From Candidatus Spongiihabitans sp. (GTDB lineage: Bacteria > Pseudomonadota > Gammaproteobacteria > Arenicellales > Poriferihabitantaceae): a stretch of 64,000 nucleotides of DNA. The translations under genes were made by a program, and so were the position numbers. The notes beneath the pieces are model-generated. The model had not been told where the DNA came from, did not search any database, and saw only the letters and a program-made list of their open reading frames with translations. Numbering within the stretch: position 1 is the first letter of the stretch; the number at the start of each line of letters is the position of its first letter. Positions 46,987 to 56,088 of the stretch are shown in pieces. The stretch spans positions 657,831 through 721,830 of the forward strand of contig NZ_OZ250154.1 in the NCBI RefSeq assembly GCF_965237845.1. The letters run 5' to 3'.

Positions 46987-49434
46987 ATGAATATGAGCGA
47001 AAAAGAACTGCCTTCCCAGGCAAAAGTGGTGATTGTTGGCGGTGGCATGATGGGCGCGAGCCTGGCCTATCACCTGGCCGAGGAAGGCTGGAGCGATTGC
47101 TTGTTAATTGAAAAAGGCGAGCTGACATCCGGCTCAACTTGGCATGCCGCTGGCCAGTGTGCCAGTTTCATCGCTGATTTCAATATGGCGAAAATTCATG
47201 ATTACGGCGTGCGGTTGTATCCCACACTTGAACAATTAACCGGTCAATATGTCAGTTGGCATGGCTGTGGCGGTATCCGGTTCGCGTTAAAACCGGCCGA
47301 GGTGGAATGGTTTCAGCGCGTCAAAGGCGTTGGAAAAATGATTGGCTTCGATTGCGAGATTATCGATCCCGCAAAAATCAAGCAATTAATTCCTTACGCC
47401 AATATCGACGGCGTGCTTGCCGGCGCGCAGACCTTTACCGATGGCCATGTTGATCCGGCCGGGGTGTGTAATGCCATGGCCAAAGGGGCGCGGCAAATGG
47501 GCGCGACAATAGTGACGGGCAACCGGGTCACTGATATTAAGCAGCGTAAATCCGGTGATTGGGAAGTGTTCACGGAACAGGGCAATGTCATCGCCGAGCA
47601 CGTCGTTAATGCGGCCGGGTGCTATGCCCGGCAGGTCAGTCAAATGGTGGGTGCCGATGTGCCGATGATCAATATGAAGCACACCTATCTGGTTACCGAC
47701 ACGGTTCAGGAATTTTTGGACCGGGAGGACGAAATGCCTGTAATTCGTGACCCCTATCCATCCTCATACTATCGTCAGGAACAAAAATCCGGGTTGATTG
47801 GCATTTATGAAATGCAGAATTCCGAAGAGTGCTGGACTCATCGGGGTGGTTGGCCTGAATGGGATTCGGAAAATGAGTTGTTCGATGCAAATTTTGAAAA
47901 CATCATGCCCTATGTTGAACGGGTAATGGAACGAATTCCAATGTGGCGTGAACTCGGCATCAAGCGCGTGGTATGCGGCGCCATACCGCATACCCCGGAC
48001 AGCAATCCGTTTCTCGGGCCAGCCGCAGGATTGCGAAATTTCTGGCATTGCAACGGTGCGTCAATCGGCATAGCAGCGGGTGCCGGCTCGGGCAAATACC
48101 TTTCCCAATGGATGATTTACGGCGATGCGGAAATCAATATGGCTGGTGTCGATCCGCGCCGCTTCAGTGATTATGCGCCGGGGGATTACACCAAAGGAAA
48201 ATCCCACGAAGATTATGAACATATGTATAAGCTTCACCTTCCGGGCGAAGAGCGGCCGGCTTCGCGCAAACAACGAACTACCCCGTTATATGATTTGCTG
48301 GTATCCCGGGGCGCTGTGCACACCGAGGCCAACGGTTGGGAAAGGCCAAAATGGTTTTCCCTTGACGGTCGAATTGAAGACATTGGATTCCGCCATAACA
48401 ATACCTTTGAAGTAGTTGCAGAGGAATGCCGTGCGGTTCGCGAAAGAGTGGGCGTTTTGGAATTGTCCACATTTGCAAAATACGATGTGGTTGGAAAAGA
48501 TGCCGAGCAGTTTTTAAATCGAATCAGCGCTAACAAAATGCCCATTCGAGAAGGCGGCATCGCCTTGACCCATTACTTGGCGGAAAGCGGGCGGCTCAAT
48601 GGCGAATCTACGGTCACACGATTGCGAGAAGGGCGATACTATGTGCTTTCAGGTTCTGCCAGCGAAGAACGAGATTTGTCTATTTTGACCTATGGTATTG
48701 CTGACGGTGAGGACGTAACCATAACCAATATTACCGACCATTGGGGCGTCATTGTGGTTGCAGGCCCCAGCGCGCGTGAAACCCTGGCTGGACTGACAGA
48801 GTCGGACTTATCTAACCAATCATTTCGTTGGTTAACAGGAAAGGAAATTGAGATTGCGGGGTATGCAGTTAGGGCGTTGCGGGTCAACTATGTCGGCGAA
48901 CTCGGATGGGAATTGCATTGCCCGATGGCAAATATGCTTGGAGTCTATGAAGCTGTTTGGGCAGCCGGCCAAGCCTATGGCATCGCAAACTTTGGAACCT
49001 ATGCGATGAATTCCTTGAGAATCGAAAAAGCCTACAAAGGCTGGGGCGCGGAATTAACCAATGAAATATCCATGCTGGAAGCAGATGCCATGAGATTCTT
49101 TTCAGCGGAAAAAGAAAACTTTGTTGGCCGGCAGGCAACGCTGGATGTGGTCGAAAATAATACAGCAACACGACTGGTCTATTGTGCAGTGGAAGCAGGC
49201 GATAACGACGTAGTTGGTGGTGAAACCGTTTTAGACGGTGACAAAGTCATTGGCGTGACCACCTCGGGCGGCTACGGGCACACGACGCAACGTAGCCTGG
49301 GCTTTGCCTATGTTGAACCTAAATACGCCGAACCCGGGTCAAATTTTGATGTCTATCTGTTGGGCGAGAATAGAAAAGCCACGGTTTTAAGCGAACCTGT
49401 TTGGGATCCCGCTAACGAAAGACCGCGGGCATAG
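46987..49434 (+). CDS. Dimethylglycine/sarcosine dehydrogenase-like fusion protein (FAD oxidoreductase domain + GcvT folate-binding aminomethyltransferase domain)
   Basis: 815 aa. VVIVGGGMMGASLAYHL, GSTWHAAGQC (covalent-FAD His context). The C-terminal ~400 aa are GcvT-like (GVLELSTFAKYDVVGKDAEQFLNRISANK...RIEKAYKGWG). Confidence 0.85.
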   Translation: MNMSEKELPSQAKVVIVGGGMMGASLAYHLAEEGWSDCLLIEKGELTSGSTWHAAGQCASFIADFNMAKIHDYGVRLYPTLEQLTGQYVSWHGCGGIRFALKPAEVEWFQRVKGVGKMIGFDCEIIDPAKIKQLIPYANIDGVLAGAQTFTDGHVDPAGVCNAMAKGARQMGATIVTGNRVTDIKQRKSGDWEVFTEQGNVIAEHVVNAAGCYARQVSQMVGADVPMINMKHTYLVTDTVQEFLDREDEMPVIRDPYPSSYYRQEQKSGLIGIYEMQNSEECWTHRGGWPEWDSENELFDANFENIMPYVERVMERIPMWRELGIKRVVCGAIPHTPDSNPFLGPAAGLRNFWHCNGASIGIAAGAGSGKYLSQWMIYGDAEINMAGVDPRRFSDYAPGDYTKGKSHEDYEHMYKLHLPGEERPASRKQRTTPLYDLLVSRGAVHTEANGWERPKWFSLDGRIEDIGFRHNNTFEVVAEECRAVRERVGVLELSTFAKYDVVGKDAEQFLNRISANKMPIREGGIALTHYLAESGRLNGESTVTRLREGRYYVLSGSASEERDLSILTYGIADGEDVTITNITDHWGVIVVAGPSARETLAGLTESDLSNQSFRWLTGKEIEIAGYAVRALRVNYVGELGWELHCPMANMLGVYEAVWAAGQAYGIANFGTYAMNSLRIEKAYKGWGAELTNEISMLEADAMRFFSAEKENFVGRQATLDVVENNTATRLVYCAVEAGDNDVVGGETVLDGDKVIGVTTSGGYGHTTQRSLGFAYVEPKYAEPGSNFDVYLLGENRKATVLSEPVWDPANERPRA

Positions 49435-49590
49435 GCTCAACCGCACTGGCGCATTGCAAGATTCATTGTCTCAGATTTATTGTCTCTATGGTCTTCCGGG
49501 AGACGCTAAAGTCTGTCGATAAAGTCTATTGTTTTTTTAATAAAGTGTTCTATAATCGGATTTGTTCACGGATAGCCAAGGAGGGCTGCA

Positions 49591-51303
49591 ATGACTGCAA
49601 CAAGGAAAACATCATCGAAAAAACGCACCTTACAATGGTTGGCTTGGCCAGCGCAGCGGAAAAATACGGGAAATGAGCGTAGGAATGGCAACCCCAATGA
49701 TGTGGCGGATTCCCGCTTGCGCGCCCATGTTTCACTGTATTCCCGCTTGCGCGCCCATGTTTCACTGTATTCTCGCTTGCGCGAGAATGACGGTGACGGC
49801 GGTATCCGCATCAACACGTGTTTTGCTTGCTGTTTGCTTTTATTCTCCGCCCCTTCTTTTGCCATCACCGAAGCGCAGTTTATCGAAAAAGTGCTGGCTC
49901 AAGACAAACTGCTGGAAGAGGCGCAAATTGGCTTGGATATAAAACAAATCGAACGCGATGCCAGCCGTGACAATTATCAAAACTGGAAAATAAACCTGTC
50001 GGTCGATCTGGATTATCGTTACCAGGATTTAGATCGGGATGCTAGTTCCACTACCACCTATACGAAAAAAAGCCAGGACTATCCAAGAAAAATCAGCTTG
50101 AGTTTTGAAAAACGGTTTTTGACCAGCCCGCTTGCCTTGGCAATCGGCGTGAGTCGAAGTCAGGACAAAACACGGGAAGAACAATATAAAAGACTCAGCA
50201 TCGATGAAGATGGCCGGGGTGCGCCTTATGCTAAAAAACCTTCTCATACCGCAAGCCGTACCTTAAAAGAATACGAAACCACGCAGTATATTAGCGTTAA
50301 ATACCCGTTGCTCAAGCCCGATTCCAACGCTCTGTCGCTGAAAACCTACCACCGCGATATTGTCGATTTCAAGCGGCAGCAATTATTATTTTATGAAACC
50401 AAAGAGGATTTTTTGGATGATCGATTAAACGATTACTTGTCGTGGCTTCTGTATCAAAAACAGATGCTGATCAACCAGGAATTGTTGAATAAATTGCGGC
50501 GATTGAATCCTAAAGACGATGCCGAAACCGCGCTTTTGAAAAGCACGGTTTATGAAATCGAACAATACGACTCGGATGCCCGCATCCAGTTGCAGGCTAT
50601 CCGGGAAAAATTATCGGTGTTATTGGATGACAGGATGATTTTAACCGAAACCCCAAGCTTCGATTTACGCACGCGCGTTCAACTGGTCACAGAAAGTTTG
50701 CCAAATTATTTGCAAACCCGCAATCGCGATTTACAAAGAATTGCCATGAATATCGAATTAAGCCAGCTTGAAATTGACCATTACCAAAAACAAACCCTGC
50801 CGACGTTGGATTTTGCCGTGCGTGCCGAAAAAAACCTGAACAGCAGAAACACCACCGCAACCTCGACTTACGATGACGATAAAATAACCTATTCAGCTGG
50901 TTTAGAATTCAGCTATCCTTTGGGCGGCAACATTTCTAATCGAGCGAATTTGAGCAAATCCCGGTTGGGCGTTCGAAAACTGGAAATCAGCTATCAGGAT
51001 AAACTGCAAGACCTCCTCGCCGACATTCAATTGCTGAATACCTTGCTGACGCTGGATGAAGACCGACTGCTTGCGGCCATTGATGCGGCCGCACAAAGCA
51101 CCAGAATCGAACATAAAAAATATCAATCCGGCGAAACATCTTTCCGGGATCTTTTGCAGGCTTATAAAGACGAGCGGATTGTAAAATTGCAACATATAGA
51201 TGATATTATTGATTATCAGGTCAACAGCATCGAATATGATAATTTACTGGATCGGATAATCACCACGCCTTGCCAGGCAACTTCGTCTGATTGTGAGTGG
51301 TAA
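49591..51303 (+). CDS. TolC-like outer-membrane efflux protein; start codon uncertain
   Basis: Residues from about aa 90 onward (signal-like CFACCLLLFSAPSFA then ITEAQFIEKVLAQDKLLEEAQ...) form two long helical repeats typical of outer-membrane factor proteins. The only in-frame ATG (49591) adds ~80 aa translated from repeat DNA. Confidence 0.6.
   Translation: MTATRKTSSKKRTLQWLAWPAQRKNTGNERRNGNPNDVADSRLRAHVSLYSRLRAHVSLYSRLRENDGDGGIRINTCFACCLLLFSAPSFAITEAQFIEKVLAQDKLLEEAQIGLDIKQIERDASRDNYQNWKINLSVDLDYRYQDLDRDASSTTTYTKKSQDYPRKISLSFEKRFLTSPLALAIGVSRSQDKTREEQYKRLSIDEDGRGAPYAKKPSHTASRTLKEYETTQYISVKYPLLKPDSNALSLKTYHRDIVDFKRQQLLFYETKEDFLDDRLNDYLSWLLYQKQMLINQELLNKLRRLNPKDDAETALLKSTVYEIEQYDSDARIQLQAIREKLSVLLDDRMILTETPSFDLRTRVQLVTESLPNYLQTRNRDLQRIAMNIELSQLEIDHYQKQTLPTLDFAVRAEKNLNSRNTTATSTYDDDKITYSAGLEFSYPLGGNISNRANLSKSRLGVRKLEISYQDKLQDLLADIQLLNTLLTLDEDRLLAAIDAAAQSTRIEHKKYQSGETSFRDLLQAYKDERIVKLQHIDDIIDYQVNSIEYDNLLDRIITTPCQATSSDCEW
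49711..49790. repeat. 30-bp tandem repeat followed by a REP-like hairpin unit
   Basis: tcccgcttgcgcgcccatgtttcactgtat occurs at 49711-49740 and 49741-49770, followed by the palindromic variant attctcgcttgcgcgagaat (49769-49788). Confidence 0.85.
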
Positions 51304-51435
51304 CGAAATCGGCTGTCTCATGATGCCGTCTTAACCTGATTTTATCGACCTTTTGAAAGACTCTGCCTAATTATTAAGCTGATCATTAAACGGGCCGTTT
51401 GAAACACGGATTCAATAAGAAATGGGCGTATTTTT

Positions 51436-52287
51436 TTACTTTTCCGCCGTTAGATAAACGATCCAAGCGGGCTCATCTTCACCGTGTTCGGCGGTGGAAT
51501 AAATGCCATCCCATTCACCGCTGTCCTCATCGGTTCCCTCCCAATACACGGTTACTTTGCTGAATCCAGCTTCGTCAAGAATTTCCTGAAGCTCGGGCAG
51601 TGTCCACATGCGCCAATCGTAGGTGAACGCCTTTTTCATTTTAGAGCCATCCTTAAATTTAAAATGAATGTGGCAAATCATGTTCGCCGTTATGGGGTCG
51701 AATTTTTTCTGATCCCAATAATAAGTGAAACCTTTATGCTTGGTTTTTTCCTTGATTTCACGCCAGGAATCGTGACCGCCATAAGCGTCTATGAATAAAA
51801 TGCCATCTTCAGTCAAGCCGTCATGCGCTCGGCTAAAATAACCGCGCAGCTCATCCCGAGTCTTGAGAAGCTGATAACTGAAATTCATTGCAATAATGAT
51901 ATCCGCCGGTTTCCCTTGGTAGTGCAGCACATTCTGTTTGAGCAATTGGATGCGTTGTTGTTGTTTTTTGTTTAATTTTTTAATGTTGTTGGCGATTCCC
52001 CAATCCAGCACCTCCTGGCTCAAATCCAGTCCCAAAGCGTGGTTGGATGGCCGCCGTCTTGTCCATTCGCAACTGCTGTTCGCCGTGCCGCAAAAATCTT
52101 CCCGCAAAAAACCAGCCTGTCGTGCACGGATATTGGTAAAGGTTTCATCAACAAAATCAATTTCCGTTTCAACCGATTGCACGGCAATTTCATAGAGCGC
52201 ATGACGATCCGCCGAGCTGGCGGCGGTGCCGGATTTGTGTTTGTGTCGTTTTTGTGACATGGGTTTTTGTGATGTGGATTGCAACAA
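51436..52287 (-). CDS. Class I SAM-dependent methyltransferase
   Basis: 283 aa. LREDFCGTANSSCEW, DIIIAMNFSY and GILFIDAYGG resemble motifs I-III of class I methyltransferases. Confidence 0.6.
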   Translation of the reverse strand: MLQSTSQKPMSQKRHKHKSGTAASSADRHALYEIAVQSVETEIDFVDETFTNIRARQAGFLREDFCGTANSSCEWTRRRPSNHALGLDLSQEVLDWGIANNIKKLNKKQQQRIQLLKQNVLHYQGKPADIIIAMNFSYQLLKTRDELRGYFSRAHDGLTEDGILFIDAYGGHDSWREIKEKTKHKGFTYYWDQKKFDPITANMICHIHFKFKDGSKMKKAFTYDWRMWTLPELQEILDEAGFSKVTVYWEGTDEDSGEWDGIYSTAEHGEDEPAWIVYLTAEK

Positions 52288-52333
52288 AATCGGTTAAAAT
52301 AGATGGCGTATTCTACTTGCTTATTAGTGACCG

Positions 52334-52858
52334 ATGGCGAATAAACAACTCATTTTATTGCGACATGCTAAATCCGACTGGCACTCCAGCGCGCAGAGCG
52401 ATCACGCCAGGCCGCTCAATCATCGCGGTCGAAAGGATGCTCCAAAGGTTGGACGCTGGCTTAGCGAAAATGGTTATGAACCGGAGCGAATAGTCAGCTC
52501 AACGGCTAACAGAACCAGAGAGACGCTGCAACTGGCTTATGATGCGACCGATTGGGGAAAGATCGCCACTGATATCAACATCGATTTTGACGACGCGCTT
52601 TACCTAGCATCCGAATCAACAATCGTTGATATAATTACCGATAATTTAAGCGCTTGTGATCGGTTGATGATAGTCGGGCACAACCCGGGTATGGATAGTG
52701 TACTGCTTGGATATTGTCCCAATGTTACGGTTACTCTTAGTCATAAACTGGGTAATAAATTGATGACCACGGCTACGGTTGCCATCGTCCAATTTAGCGG
52801 CGCTGACCTTTCAGATCCGGTATTGCTGGAATTTCACAGGCCTGCAGAAATGGAATAA
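52334..52858 (+). CDS. sixA: Histidine-phosphatase-family protein (SixA-like phosphohistidine phosphatase)
   Basis: LILLRHAKSDW (RHG-type motif), RPLNHRGRKDA, MIVGHNPGM. Confidence 0.75.
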   Translation: MANKQLILLRHAKSDWHSSAQSDHARPLNHRGRKDAPKVGRWLSENGYEPERIVSSTANRTRETLQLAYDATDWGKIATDINIDFDDALYLASESTIVDIITDNLSACDRLMIVGHNPGMDSVLLGYCPNVTVTLSHKLGNKLMTTATVAIVQFSGADLSDPVLLEFHRPAEME

Positions 52859-52928
52859 AGAAATGTATTGCTGTTATCGCTCAATCCAGAGCGAATTCAC
52901 GACTTAATTTGTGCCAGATGCTGGTTCT

Positions 52929-52963
52929 TGTCCGGGCTCAGACACAAAAGAGACTATTTAGAG
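52929..52963 (+). repeat. Solo terminal inverted-repeat fragment of the rve-type IS seen at 17058 and 41337
   Basis: tgtccgggctcagacacaaaagagactatttagag matches the first ~35 bp of the other two copies with 2 mismatches. No transposase sequence follows. Confidence 0.7.
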
Positions 52964-52988
52964 ACTACCCAATTATTTTTATGAGGAA

Positions 52989-53993
52989 ATGAGAATGAGT
53001 CAAATCAAGAGATTTTGGTGCCATATGATGCAAGTCGTCCTGATCGGAGGATTCGGCGTTGCCGCCAGTATGCTTTGGAATCCGGTGCAAGCGGCGGAAG
53101 TTGAAAAAATTCACTTTCTGATTCCGGGAGGGGCAGGAGGCGGATGGGATGGAACGGCTCGCGGGACCGGGGAAGCGTTAACCAAATCGGGGCTACTGAA
53201 GCATGCGTCTTACGAAAACATGTCTGGCGGCGGCGGTGGAAAAGCCATTGCCCACATGATTGAAACCGCAGAACGACAAAAAGGAACGCTGATGGTGAAC
53301 TCCACCCCGATTGTGGTGCGTTCCATCACCAAAGTGTTTCCGTATTCGTTTCGTGATTTAACCCCCATTGCAGGAATTATCGCAGATTCCGCTGTTTTTA
53401 TCGTTCAGGCGGATTCGAAGTTTCAATCCTGGCAGGATGTGGTTGCGGCTTTTAAATCGGATTCAAAAAAAGTTAAAGTGGGCGGCGGTTCCGTGCCCGG
53501 GGATTTGGATCATATTGCCGTCGCTTTAGCCATCCAGGCAGCGGGTGAAAATCCTAAAAAAGTCAAATATATCGCTTATGACGCTGGCGGGAAGGCGATG
53601 GCAGGGTTGTTATCCGGTGAGATCCATGTGTTGTCCACTGGATTTGGAGAAGCATTGGAGTTATCGAAGTCTGGACAAGTTCGCATTCTAGCGATCACTT
53701 CTGCCACTCGTTCCAAAGACGCTCCGAATGTCCCCACGGTGAAAGAATTGGGATATGACATGATCTTTGCCAACTGGCGCGGGTTTTTCGGCGCTCCGGG
53801 GTTATCCTATAACGAGGCTCATGTCTATGCCAGTCTGCTCCGGGACATGTACGCAACGCCGGAATGGGAAACCGTTCGTGCCCGCAGAGGCTGGACCAAT
53901 CAATACGTGCCCGGATTCCAATTTTATAGTTTTCTGGAGGAACAGGAAAAAGCGATTGGCGGCATGTTGCGGCAATTAGGGTTTTTGAAATAA
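52989..53993 (+). CDS. tctC: Tripartite tricarboxylate transporter substrate-binding protein (TctC/Bug family)
   Basis: 334 aa, signal peptide, PGGAGGGWDGTARG motif typical of Bug/TctC proteins. ATG at 52995 has better spacing from the AGGAA at 52984-52988. Confidence 0.85.
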   Translation: MRMSQIKRFWCHMMQVVLIGGFGVAASMLWNPVQAAEVEKIHFLIPGGAGGGWDGTARGTGEALTKSGLLKHASYENMSGGGGGKAIAHMIETAERQKGTLMVNSTPIVVRSITKVFPYSFRDLTPIAGIIADSAVFIVQADSKFQSWQDVVAAFKSDSKKVKVGGGSVPGDLDHIAVALAIQAAGENPKKVKYIAYDAGGKAMAGLLSGEIHVLSTGFGEALELSKSGQVRILAITSATRSKDAPNVPTVKELGYDMIFANWRGFFGAPGLSYNEAHVYASLLRDMYATPEWETVRARRGWTNQYVPGFQFYSFLEEQEKAIGGMLRQLGFLK

Positions 53994-54024
53994 GAATCCC
54001 GCCCTGGATACCACGAAAGGAGCA

Positions 54025-54531
54025 ATGAATTTTAGCCGGATTCATAAAGCCCATATTCATAAAGACAAGGTCGGCGCATTGATCTTTCTGATCTTTTCCG
54101 TTGCCTATGGCGTGTCTTCCCGGGATATTAAGATTCCTTTGTTTGCGGAAGAAGATGTATTTAATTCGCGAACCTTGCCCATCGCATTGGCAATTTTAGG
54201 AGGGACAACCTCCTTGTTGTTGTTGATTTTGCCGTCTTCTTCTGGAAAAGAAGCAAGTGTCGGGGAAGCATTTCGTGGTCTGTACTGGAAAGAAGTGATT
54301 CTGTTGTTGATTTTGATGGTCGTTTATGGATTGACCATCAAAGTCGTCGGATTCATTGTTTCCACCATTCTTTTTCTGGCGCTGGGGTTTTGGATTTTAG
54401 GAGAAAGACGAATCAAAGTAATCTTGCTGACTTCGGTTCCTCTGGTGCTTGTGTTTTGGTATATCCTGAGCCAATTGCTGGATATCTATATTGATCCGGG
54501 AAGTTTTTTCTATTTTCTGAGAGGCATGTGA
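54025..54531 (+). CDS. tctB: Tripartite tricarboxylate transporter small membrane protein TctB
   Basis: 168 aa, four TM helices, sits between tctC and tctA. The stop overlaps the tctA start (ATGA-type overlap at 54528-54531). Confidence 0.75.
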   Translation: MNFSRIHKAHIHKDKVGALIFLIFSVAYGVSSRDIKIPLFAEEDVFNSRTLPIALAILGGTTSLLLLILPSSSGKEASVGEAFRGLYWKEVILLLILMVVYGLTIKVVGFIVSTILFLALGFWILGERRIKVILLTSVPLVLVFWYILSQLLDIYIDPGSFFYFLRGM

Positions 54532-56036
54532 TGTTAGAAGGAATTCTTGCCGGGTTATCGACCACTTTTTTACCCATTAACTTATTCCTGGTGTTGGTCG
54601 GATGTTTTGCCGGAACCTTTATTGGAATGCTGCCAGGGCTGGGACCGATTTCCGCCATTGCCTTGATGATCCCCATTACTTATGGGTTTGAACCGGCCTC
54701 CGGGATGATTCTAATGGCCGGGGTGTATTATGGCGCGATTTTCGGCGGTTCCACTTCTTCCATTCTGCTCAATGCGCCGGGAGTCGCCGGAACCGTCGCA
54801 ACCGCGTTTGATGGCTATCCGCTTGCCCAACAAGGAAAAGCCGGAAAAGCTTTAGCGCTGGCTGCGTATTCTTCTTTTTCAGGCGGGACGATTGCCGCTG
54901 TTTTTTTGTTGATTGCCGCTCCGGCGCTGGCTTCGGTTTCTTTAAGTTTCCAATCTTCGGATTACTTTGCCTTGATGGTGCTGGGGCTGACCGCCGTGTC
55001 CGCCTTTGCGGGCAAGGGCGGATTCCTGAAGGCAATAATGATGACGGTGCTGGGTTTGATGCTGTCGACCGTGGGGACGGATGCATCCGCCGGCATTCAA
55101 CGGTTCACGTTTGGGCGCGTGGATTTGATTGATGGCATCAGCTTTCTTCTGTTAGCGATGGCCACATTCGCTTTATCCGAAGCCTTGATGGTGATTCTCA
55201 AAAGAACAAAAATCTCGAAAAAAGCGCAACAAGCGACCCACGGAAATCTTGGCAGCCTCAAAGTATCCAGGCAAGAATTCAAGGGAATTGCGCCCACGAT
55301 TGCGCGCTCTTCGGTGTTGGGGTTTTTTGTTGGGGTCTTGCCCGGAGCCGGAGCCACGATTGCGTCTTTTCTCGCCTATGGAATGGAAAGAAATTTAGCC
55401 AAAGTTCAGCACAAAGCTCAATTTGGCAAGGGAAGCCTCAAAGGGTTGGTTGCGCCTGAAACCGCGAACAACGCCGCCTGCTCCGGTTCTTTTGTGCCGC
55501 TACTGACGTTGGGAATTCCCGGTTCCGGAACCACAGCGGTGATGCTGGGCGCTTTGCTGTCTTATGGAATTCAGCCCGGCCCGCGGTTGTTTGTGGAACA
55601 GCCGCAAGTGTTTTGGTCGGTGATTATATCCATGTATATCGGCAATATCATTTTGCTGATTTTGAACCTGCCATTAATCCCTTACATCGCCAAATTATTA
55701 ATGTTGCCCAAGCAGCTGCTGACCCCGATGATTTTGTTTTTTTCTCTGATTGGCGTATATTTGGTATCGTTCAATCCGTTTGACATCCAAATGATGATCT
55801 TTTTTGCCATTGCGGCGTTGCTCCTGAGAATTCTGGATTTTCCGATGGCGCCGATGTTACTGGGATTTGTTTTGGGGGGAATGATGGAAGAAAATCTCAG
55901 ACGGGCTTTGCTGATCAATGATGGCTCGTTTTCTTTTCTTTGGGAGCGTCCGATCACCTTATCGATTCTGATCATCATCTTGTTGACGATTCTCGCCCCG
56001 GTGGTTTCTTATTTCAAACCGGTGGCGCCCGATTAG
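54528..56036 (+). CDS. tctA: Tripartite tricarboxylate transporter large permease TctA
   Basis: 502 aa polytopic protein. GMLPGLGPISAIALMIPITYG and VGVLPGAGATIASFLAYG repeats are typical of TctA. Confidence 0.88.
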   Translation: MMLEGILAGLSTTFLPINLFLVLVGCFAGTFIGMLPGLGPISAIALMIPITYGFEPASGMILMAGVYYGAIFGGSTSSILLNAPGVAGTVATAFDGYPLAQQGKAGKALALAAYSSFSGGTIAAVFLLIAAPALASVSLSFQSSDYFALMVLGLTAVSAFAGKGGFLKAIMMTVLGLMLSTVGTDASAGIQRFTFGRVDLIDGISFLLLAMATFALSEALMVILKRTKISKKAQQATHGNLGSLKVSRQEFKGIAPTIARSSVLGFFVGVLPGAGATIASFLAYGMERNLAKVQHKAQFGKGSLKGLVAPETANNAACSGSFVPLLTLGIPGSGTTAVMLGALLSYGIQPGPRLFVEQPQVFWSVIISMYIGNIILLILNLPLIPYIAKLLMLPKQLLTPMILFFSLIGVYLVSFNPFDIQMMIFFAIAALLLRILDFPMAPMLLGFVLGGMMEENLRRALLINDGSFSFLWERPITLSILIIILLTILAPVVSYFKPVAPD

Positions 56037-56088
56037 GGATTGGCCCGGAATTAATCAGCCCAAAATTGATCGTTATCAGGTTGTAATC

